From: Opitutales bacterium
Lineage (GTDB): Bacteria > Verrucomicrobiota > Verrucomicrobiia > Opitutales > UBA9783
Assembly: GCA_046881885.1 (NCBI GenBank)
Contig: JBKSMP010000026.1
Coordinates: forward strand, 1 to 32,000
Direction of reading: 5' to 3'
DNA: 32,000 nt
Part shown: piece by piece, positions 25,460 to 32,000 of the stretch
How positions within the stretch are numbered: the first letter of the stretch is position 1
Layout of the letters: every line of letters starts with the position of its first letter
Notes under the pieces: model-generated
What the model was told of the DNA's origin: nothing
Database searches by the model: none
What the model saw: only the letters and a program-made list of their open reading frames with translations
Position numbers and translations under genes: made by a program

Positions 25460-26056
25460 TTACCTTCTCTCAAACACCGCATGGTGGCCTTGTTGGCCGG
25501 TGAGGCGAGAAAAGACGGTATTGACGATATAAGATTCGCAGGTAATTGGGTGCCAATTGGGATGGGCATCGATGCGTTGGCAAGTTTCTTCGAAGTAGGG
25601 TAAGGAGTCTGTTTCAAAGTGGATTTTGGCTCCTGGAACAACTCGTTGGGCTAACTGCGATAAAAACTCTACTTGAAATAAGCGGTTTTTATGATGGCGA
25701 TTTTTGGGCCAAGGATCGGGATAAAGCACAATCACTTCATTCCACAGAAAATCTTCCGGCTGGCATTCCAAAACTTCTTCTGCACGGGCTTTGAGAAAAG
25801 CAATATTGGTCAAATTAGCCCGATTCGCTTTACGATTGGATTTTGCAATACGCTGCGTAATGAGATCGATACCGACACAAAAACGTTCAGGAAAGTTTTG
25901 GGCGTACTGAACCAAGAAATCGCCATGACCACAACCAATTTCAAGGGTTTTGAAGGTTTTATCCGTTTGCAAAATATCTCTCAAGGTCTTTCGTAAGGCT
26001 TCTTTACGTAAAGCAACGGTTTCCAAATACTGTTTTAAACGCTCTTCGTTATTCAT
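25460..26056 (-). CDS. trmB: tRNA (guanine46-N7)-methyltransferase
   Basis: [15 protein letters not shown] motif, [19 protein letters not shown], and a 198-aa length. A 4-nt overlap with mnmG. Confidence 0.88.
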   Translation of the reverse strand: MNNEERLKQYLETVALRKEALRKTLRDILQTDKTFKTLEIGCGHGDFLVQYAQNFPERFCVGIDLITQRIAKSNRKANRANLTNIAFLKARAEEVLECQPEDFLWNEVIVLYPDPWPKNRHHKNRLFQVEFLSQLAQRVVPGAKIHFETDSLPYFEETCQRIDAHPNWHPITCESYIVNTVFSRLTGQQGHHAVFERR

Positions 26057-27921
26057 TTGGCATCAAAAAACTTTTTTAAAGCAATCATCAAAATTTGGAT
26101 ATCAGACGGATTAACGCCGCTAATACGATTGGCTTGGCCTAAATTTATCGGACGAATTTTTTCCAACTTTTGTAAACTTTCCGTACGCAAACCATGAACA
26201 GCATGATAGTCAAAGTTTTGCGGAATTTGAATCGCATCCAGCCACTTTGTTTTTTCAATCTGCTTACGGTCACGTTCTAAATACCCGCGATAGGAAAGCC
26301 GATAAAGCACTTCCTCACGAATTGCATCACTTTGCTGACAAAAATCGGCTGGAAATTCCGGCATAGGATAGCCTTCCTCGCTTTGAGCACGACGCACGCT
26401 ATCACCAAAACTTTGCCCAGGTTCCGCACGACGCGTTTCTAGCTCTTGAACCCAGTAATCAATCGCTTGTGCTTTTTGCTGAATGGCTTCTAAACGCTCT
26501 TGGCTCAAACATTTCCATTGACGCGCTTTTTCATAAAGACGCAACTCCGCACTGGAGTGATTCAGTAACAAACGATGCTCTGCACGCCCCGTAAACATAC
26601 GATAAGGCTCTTGCGTACCCTTTGTCGTTAGGTCATCGACTAAAACACCGATGTAACTTTCCTCACGTGATAAGATACAAGCAGGTTCCTCTAAAACCTT
26701 CGCAGCCGCATTCATTCCTGCCCATAAACCTTGCCCAGCCGCTTCTTCATAACCCGATGTTCCGTTAATCTGGCCAGCCATAAATAAACCTTCTAAACGT
26801 TTACTTTCAAGCGAAGGATACAAATCGGTCGGATCGGAATAAACATATTCAACTGCATAAGCGGGTCTTAAAAGAACAGCTTGCTCAAGCCCTGGAATGG
26901 TTTTAAGCATTTCCAACTGAACATCTAAAGGCAAACTTGTCGAAAGGCCATTGATGTACCACTCATCCGTACAAACACCTTCGGGCTCTAAAAACAAACG
27001 ATGACGATCGCGTTCTGCAAAACGTACACATTTGTCTTCAATACTCGGGCAATAGCGTGGTCCTGTTCCCTGAATATTTCCGGAAAACAAGGCTGATCGT
27101 TTCAAATTATCTAAAATGATTTTGTGGGTCGCTTCAGTCGTATAGGTCATCCAACAAGAACAAGTTTTAGAACCAGGTTGCCAAGCTGCAGGACTTTGGA
27201 TCTGTTCTAACCGTTCTTTTTCTGCAGATCGTGTGTCATAAAACGCAAAAAAACAAGGAGTTTCATCACTTGGTTGTTCATCACAAACGGAAAAATTGAT
27301 ACTTTTCCCTAAAATACGAGCTGGTGTCCCTGTTTTTAAAATACCTAAAGGAAATTGCAACTTTTGGAGGCTTTCCACTAAAGGATAACTCGAAAAATCT
27401 CCCATACGGCCTCCAGGAAAATTCTGATGACCAATATGCAAGGTACCTTTTAAAAACGTTCCTGTCGTTAAAATAACCGTCTTGGAAGCGATTTCCAGAC
27501 CAAGCTTCGTTTTTACTCCACAAACACAATCTTCTTTAACGAGCAAATCTACGACTTCATCCTGAAACAGACGAATGTTTGGGTGTTGCTCTAAACGTTG
27601 CTTCATGCTTATTTGATAACATTTTTTATCGCATTGAGCACGAGGAGCTTGTACGGCTAAACCTTTGGAACGATTTAAAATACGAAATTGAATGGCGGTT
27701 TCGTCTGCATTGATGCCCATTAAACCCCCTAAAGCATCGATTTCACGAACAATATGTCCTTTAGCTAAACCTCCAATGGAAGGATTACAACTCATCTGAG
27801 CAACGGTATCCAAATTTTGCGTGATAAGTAACACCGACACACCTTTTTGCGCCGCTATCCAAGCTGCTTCGCAACCTGCATGTCCCCCTCCACAAACAAT
27901 GACATCAAACAACGTATTCAT
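26053..27921 (-). CDS. mnmG: tRNA uridine 5-carboxymethylaminomethyl modification enzyme MnmG (GidA)
   Basis: [19 protein letters not shown] motif, [34 protein letters not shown] and [16 protein letters not shown]. 622 aa. Confidence 0.96.
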   Translation of the reverse strand: MNTLFDVIVCGGGHAGCEAAWIAAQKGVSVLLITQNLDTVAQMSCNPSIGGLAKGHIVREIDALGGLMGINADETAIQFRILNRSKGLAVQAPRAQCDKKCYQISMKQRLEQHPNIRLFQDEVVDLLVKEDCVCGVKTKLGLEIASKTVILTTGTFLKGTLHIGHQNFPGGRMGDFSSYPLVESLQKLQFPLGILKTGTPARILGKSINFSVCDEQPSDETPCFFAFYDTRSAEKERLEQIQSPAAWQPGSKTCSCWMTYTTEATHKIILDNLKRSALFSGNIQGTGPRYCPSIEDKCVRFAERDRHRLFLEPEGVCTDEWYINGLSTSLPLDVQLEMLKTIPGLEQAVLLRPAYAVEYVYSDPTDLYPSLESKRLEGLFMAGQINGTSGYEEAAGQGLWAGMNAAAKVLEEPACILSREESYIGVLVDDLTTKGTQEPYRMFTGRAEHRLLLNHSSAELRLYEKARQWKCLSQERLEAIQQKAQAIDYWVQELETRRAEPGQSFGDSVRRAQSEEGYPMPEFPADFCQQSDAIREEVLYRLSYRGYLERDRKQIEKTKWLDAIQIPQNFDYHAVHGLRTESLQKLEKIRPINLGQANRISGVNPSDIQILMIALKKFFDAK

Positions 27922-29267
27922 TTACCAATACAAAATTTCGAAAAGATTTGATCCAAAACACGCTCATAATCAACACGCCCAACAATTTGTTCCAAAGCTT
28001 TTAAAGCTTCTTTTAATTCTGCCGCCAAACAATCATCACAACATTTCTTATCCAGCAAAATAAGGGCTTTGTCCAAATTGTTCTTAGCTAACAAAAAAGC
28101 CTCTGCGTGACGCTCTCGAATCATAAAAGCTTCTTCAGAAAAATTATGATATTTATGGTCCAAAAAATCGAGCAAAGTCTGTTTTAACAAAATTAAAACA
28201 TTTTCTGCTTTTAAAGAAACTGAACCTGTTTGGTAGTTTTTAAAACATTCTTTATAGGTCTCACAAAAACCTAAATCGTTCTTATTGAAGAGTACCAAAG
28301 TATTTTCTGGAACAAATTTTTCCTTTAATACCTCTATTTCGTTTGTAGGTGCTTTTGAACTATCAATTACCCAAAGAACCACATCTGATTTTTGGATTTG
28401 TTCGTAGGATTTTTCAATTCCTAAACTCTCTATCGGATCTTTAGTCTCATGCAAACCAGCTGTATCGACAAGTTTTAAGGTATAAGGCGCAATTGTACAA
28501 TATTCAGAGATAAAATCACGCGTCGTTCCAGGAATCTCACTTACGAGCGCTCTTTCCTGACCTAATAACAAATTAAGCAAGGTACTTTTTCCAGCATTAG
28601 GGGCACCCGCGATAACCGTTCGAATACCTTCATGTAAAGGGGCATAATGCTGATGAGCATGAATCAATTGCTCTATTTGATGCCGCATCGTATGCAAAGC
28701 TTCCCTAAAAGCCTTACGATTTTCTTCGGGTAAATCTTCTTCAGGAAAGTCCAAAAAAGCTTCTACGTAAGCAATTTGCTCCGTTAATGCTGTAACAAAT
28801 TGTTCAATTTGTGTACTCAAAGATCCCGATAATTGCTTCTGTGCTAATTGAATGGCTTGCAAAGAACGTGCATGTATGAGATCTTCAACAGCCTCTGCTT
28901 GACACAAATCCAAAGTACCATTGAGAAAGGCTCGACGTGTGAATTCACCAGGTTCAGCTTGCTGACAACCCCGTTTTAAACAATCTTTTAAAATTTGCTG
29001 TATAATTAGCGGATTACCATGACAAGAGATTTCTAACATTTCCTCACCTGTATAAGAGGCATTTTTCGCAAAAAACGTAAATAAAACCTCATCAAGAATG
29101 TTTTCCTCTTCAACTAAACGGTACTTTCCCAAATAAGCATAACGTGGCTTTATTTCATCCTTATGAAAAATTTCTTGTAGCAAATGCAAACAATCAGGGC
29201 CACTCAGACGAATAACGCCAATACCTGATACACCCATAGGGGTTGATAATGCTACAATGGTATCCAT
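27918..29267 (-). CDS. mnmE: tRNA modification GTPase MnmE (TrmE)
   Basis: [23 protein letters not shown]1 [13 protein letters not shown]2 region PGTTRD, G3 DTAGL, NKND, and a C-terminal FCIGK. Confidence 0.96.
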   Translation of the reverse strand: MDTIVALSTPMGVSGIGVIRLSGPDCLHLLQEIFHKDEIKPRYAYLGKYRLVEEENILDEVLFTFFAKNASYTGEEMLEISCHGNPLIIQQILKDCLKRGCQQAEPGEFTRRAFLNGTLDLCQAEAVEDLIHARSLQAIQLAQKQLSGSLSTQIEQFVTALTEQIAYVEAFLDFPEEDLPEENRKAFREALHTMRHQIEQLIHAHQHYAPLHEGIRTVIAGAPNAGKSTLLNLLLGQERALVSEIPGTTRDFISEYCTIAPYTLKLVDTAGLHETKDPIESLGIEKSYEQIQKSDVVLWVIDSSKAPTNEIEVLKEKFVPENTLVLFNKNDLGFCETYKECFKNYQTGSVSLKAENVLILLKQTLLDFLDHKYHNFSEEAFMIRERHAEAFLLAKNNLDKALILLDKKCCDDCLAAELKEALKALEQIVGRVDYERVLDQIFSKFCIGK

Positions 29268-29595
29268 ATATTCCTATGCAGCAATAAAAAAGCTTTCTTC
29301 GCAAGTTTATTCGCTCAGCAAATTTTTCTTTATGAGAAAAAACTTCCTTTTTACAAATTGTGAATAATTTGTTCAAAACTTGCTAAAAACCTGTAAAAAG
29401 CATACCAAAAACTTAATTTATTCATTTTTAAAAACTTAAAATCGCAGACTTATTAACAAGAGAAAAATTTTCTACAAGCTAGATGAATTCTGCATAAACA
29501 GGATTCATGCCAACTTATTAACATACTTAAGAATAGAATTAATTTTTTTAAATTTTATATAAATCTATTAAAAAGCTTTTACATTTTTGTGAAGT

Positions 29596-30528
29596 ATGTG
29601 CATTGTAATAAGTATCGTGACATTGGAAGAGACGAATTCTTTTTTTGAGCGTTTGTTGGGATCTATTGGTGAGGATCCTAAGCGGCAAGGTTTGGTAAAG
29701 ACTCCAGAACGGTTTTTGAAGAGTTTTCAGGAATTAACCCAAGGTTATCAGCAAAACCTGGACGAAATTGTTAATGGTGCTCTTTTTGATTGTGAAACAG
29801 ATGAACCTGTTTACATACAAGACATTCCTTATTTTTCATTGTGCGAACACCATCTATTACCTTTTTTTGGGAAATGCCAGGTTGCTTATGTACCTTCTGG
29901 AAAAGTTCTTGGATTGTCTAAAATTTATCGTATCGTAGATTTATTTGCTAAACGCTTACAATTGCAGGAACGTCTTACGCAACAAATTGGAGAAACATTA
30001 AAAGAGGTTACAGGAGCTAAAGCGCTTTTTGTGGAAATGACAGGCGAGCATCTTTGTGTTGCCATGCGTGGGGTTCAACGAAGTCATTCATTCATGCGAA
30101 CTGTATACCACTATGGTGAAATTCCTGAGAAAACTCTTAAATTAAGTCATAAAGAAGTACTAGAACCTACAACAGTTCTTCATTTGTGTACACTTGAATT
30201 ACCTCTAAAGATAGGGTGTTACGAGTCTGAACAACATACGACAACTCCTGTAAAAATAGAGATTGATATTCAACTCCCAAAAAAAATTCATTGTGTTCAG
30301 GATCAGTTACAATCTGTACTTTGTTATGATCAGCTCATTCGTTTTTTGAAGGAAACATGCTTTAAAGAACGCTATCAATTAATTGAATATGCGTGTCGTA
30401 TAGTGTACAATAACTTGCACGATTACTTGGCCAAAACTTATCATGTTTGTCCTGTTCGAGTAGCTTTTCAGAAACAGCTTCAACATCCACTTTTAACCAA
30501 TAGTACGTGTACCATAAGCGATTTTTAA
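29596..30528 (+). CDS. folE: GTP cyclohydrolase I (FolE, Zn type) fused to a C-terminal FolB/FolX-like T-fold domain
   Basis: The N-terminal ~185 aa carry [50 protein letters not shown] and [10 protein letters not shown]. The C-terminal ~120 aa carry [34 protein letters not shown] and [11 protein letters not shown], resembling dihydroneopterin aldolase/epimerase. Confidence 0.8.
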   Translation: MCIVISIVTLEETNSFFERLLGSIGEDPKRQGLVKTPERFLKSFQELTQGYQQNLDEIVNGALFDCETDEPVYIQDIPYFSLCEHHLLPFFGKCQVAYVPSGKVLGLSKIYRIVDLFAKRLQLQERLTQQIGETLKEVTGAKALFVEMTGEHLCVAMRGVQRSHSFMRTVYHYGEIPEKTLKLSHKEVLEPTTVLHLCTLELPLKIGCYESEQHTTTPVKIEIDIQLPKKIHCVQDQLQSVLCYDQLIRFLKETCFKERYQLIEYACRIVYNNLHDYLAKTYHVCPVRVAFQKQLQHPLLTNSTCTISDF

Positions 30529-30536
30529 AAGGATCC

Positions 30537-31760
30537 ATGTTAAAACAAATCATAGAAGGTATAGAGTTTATTTACTATAAGTTCGAAGATTGGAAGAAAA
30601 GAAGAACGTCTTTGTCTTTATGGAATACTTCTATCCTAATTTTGTTGAGCATTATAGGTATTGCTTTTATGTACGCGATACAGAAGGATAGTACGGTTCT
30701 ACATTTTAAATGGAAGCTACAAATTATTTGGCTTTGTCTGGGTCTTATCATCTATTATGTAACTTCTAGCATCCATTATAAGGTTTTTTTGCAAAATGCA
30801 CACTGGATCTATATTTTATCCATATTTTTATTACTTTTGTTATGGACCCCCATGGGAAAAACTTTGGGAGGAAGTCGACGTTGGCTCAATTTTGGCTTTA
30901 TTAATGTTCAACCTTCCGACTTTAACAAATTAGCTACGTTACTAATGGTTGCCAGTATTTTAACACGCACACAAATGACAACGATTCGCGATTCTTTTCG
31001 TGTTTTGGTTGAAATCTTTATTATAAGTTGCATTTCGTTTGGGCTTATTTTTTTACAGCCGGATTTAGGTTCTGCAATGGTTTTACCGGCCATTATCTTT
31101 GGACTTTTATTTGTTTCAAAACTTTCTTTAAGATTTTTTGGTATTGTCTTTTTAACGACGCTTTTTGGGATAGGACTCATTACTTTGGATGTTTATGGTT
31201 ATTATCAGCGTTTGAAAGGCCGTGAATCAAGAATACATTCATTTTTGCCCTTGAAGGATTATCAGCGTAATCGTATTTTAGCGTTTACGGTTCCAACGAG
31301 TATTGACCCTAAAGGTGTGCATGTCGGATGGCACTTAAAACAATCACTGATTGCTATTGGGTCTGGAGGAATTTTAGGTAAAGGGTGGACAAAGAATACG
31401 CAGGCTCAATTAGGTTATTTACCTAAAGCGGCTTCTTTGGATGATTTCATTTTTTCGGTCTTAGCAGAAGAAACAGGTTTATTAGGCACGTATTTTGTGC
31501 TTGTATTATATTGCATTTTAATTTTTAATACATTTCGTATCGCCACAATGGCTAGAGATCGTTTCGGATGTTATTTAAGCGTAGGTGTAGCATTGTTATT
31601 GTTTACACATGTTTGGATTAATATGGGAATGACACTCGGAATTATGCCGATTACGGGGTTACCACTACCTTTTTTGAGTTATGGAGGATCATTCATGATT
31701 GTGTGCTTTTTTAGCCAAGGTTTAGTACAAAGCGTATACCGATTTCGGTTTGCTGAATGA
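30537..31760 (+). CDS. SEDS-family peptidoglycan polymerase (RodA/FtsW)
   Basis: Polytopic protein with RWLNFGFINVQPSDFNKLA, FLQPDLGSA, LPKAASLDDFIFSVLAEETG and PLPFLSYGGS. I prefer the ATG at 30537 (AAAGGA upstream, after the folE stop) to the GTG at 30507 used in the ORF track. Confidence 0.88.
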   Translation: MLKQIIEGIEFIYYKFEDWKKRRTSLSLWNTSILILLSIIGIAFMYAIQKDSTVLHFKWKLQIIWLCLGLIIYYVTSSIHYKVFLQNAHWIYILSIFLLLLLWTPMGKTLGGSRRWLNFGFINVQPSDFNKLATLLMVASILTRTQMTTIRDSFRVLVEIFIISCISFGLIFLQPDLGSAMVLPAIIFGLLFVSKLSLRFFGIVFLTTLFGIGLITLDVYGYYQRLKGRESRIHSFLPLKDYQRNRILAFTVPTSIDPKGVHVGWHLKQSLIAIGSGGILGKGWTKNTQAQLGYLPKAASLDDFIFSVLAEETGLLGTYFVLVLYCILIFNTFRIATMARDRFGCYLSVGVALLLFTHVWINMGMTLGIMPITGLPLPFLSYGGSFMIVCFFSQGLVQSVYRFRFAE

Positions 31761-31791
31761 CCTCTTTTGAAAGCATTGTAGGAGAACAAAC

Positions 31792-32000
31792 ATGGCAGAA
31801 TTTAAGAAGAAAAAACAAGTAGATGGAATAAAACATATCGCAAAGCCGGTAAAGAAAACAGTAAAAGTAGATCCAAAAGTTTTAGCGGATGAAGCTAAAG
31901 AACGGTCGAAAGATCAAAGTTTCTTTCAACGTTTTTTAAACTTTTTTAAAAAGGATAAACATTATTCAGAAATTGTTGTTAATGGTCTATTGCCGCAAAA
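31792..32000 (+). CDS. Hypothetical protein, 5' partial (runs off the window)
   Basis: ATG at 31792 with GGAGA 6 nt upstream; open to the window end (69 codons). The N-terminus is Lys-rich. The final SEIVVNG faintly recalls the EI-VNG motif of secretion ATPases, but this is too short to call. Confidence 0.5.
   Translation, partial: MAEFKKKKQVDGIKHIAKPVKKTVKVDPKVLADEAKERSKDQSFFQRFLNFFKKDKHYSEIVVNGLLPQ

Overview
AT-rich bacterial chromosomal window, densely packed with housekeeping genes. Many of them sit in translationally coupled operons with ATGA-type 4-nt overlaps. Minus-strand operons: aspS-uppS-uppS'-cdsA; tRNA-Lys/dUTPase-like/lgt/nfeD; rhomboid/tail-specific protease/TrmH-family methylase; mnmE-mnmG-trmB. 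Plus-strand units: membrane protein-gmk; beta-CASP RNase-MATE; mgtE-yhaM-like; a three-gene two-component module; hppA followed by tRNA-Ser; truA; a folE fusion followed by a SEDS gene. I saw no CRISPR array, transposase, integrase, phage gene or recognisable defence island, and lineage cannot be assigned from the sequence alone. The least ordinary stretch is the 550-bp intergenic region 5949-6499. It holds a full-consensus sigma-54 promoter aimed at a family-less 137-aa ORF, three GGAAAA(W)TTTTC palindromes, and a ~175-nt element closed by a 13-bp perfect inverted repeat (candidate structured RNA or MITE) upstream of the beta-CASP RNase gene. Other points worth a second look: a tandem ~90%-identical uppS duplication in which one copy has a membrane anchor; a CdsA with two substituted signature residues; a GTP cyclohydrolase I fused to a FolB/FolX-like domain; a sensor-less histidine kinase module; and an orphan terminator or small ORF in the 14544-14926 gap. 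All functional calls rest on motif recognition by eye, and no database search was run.
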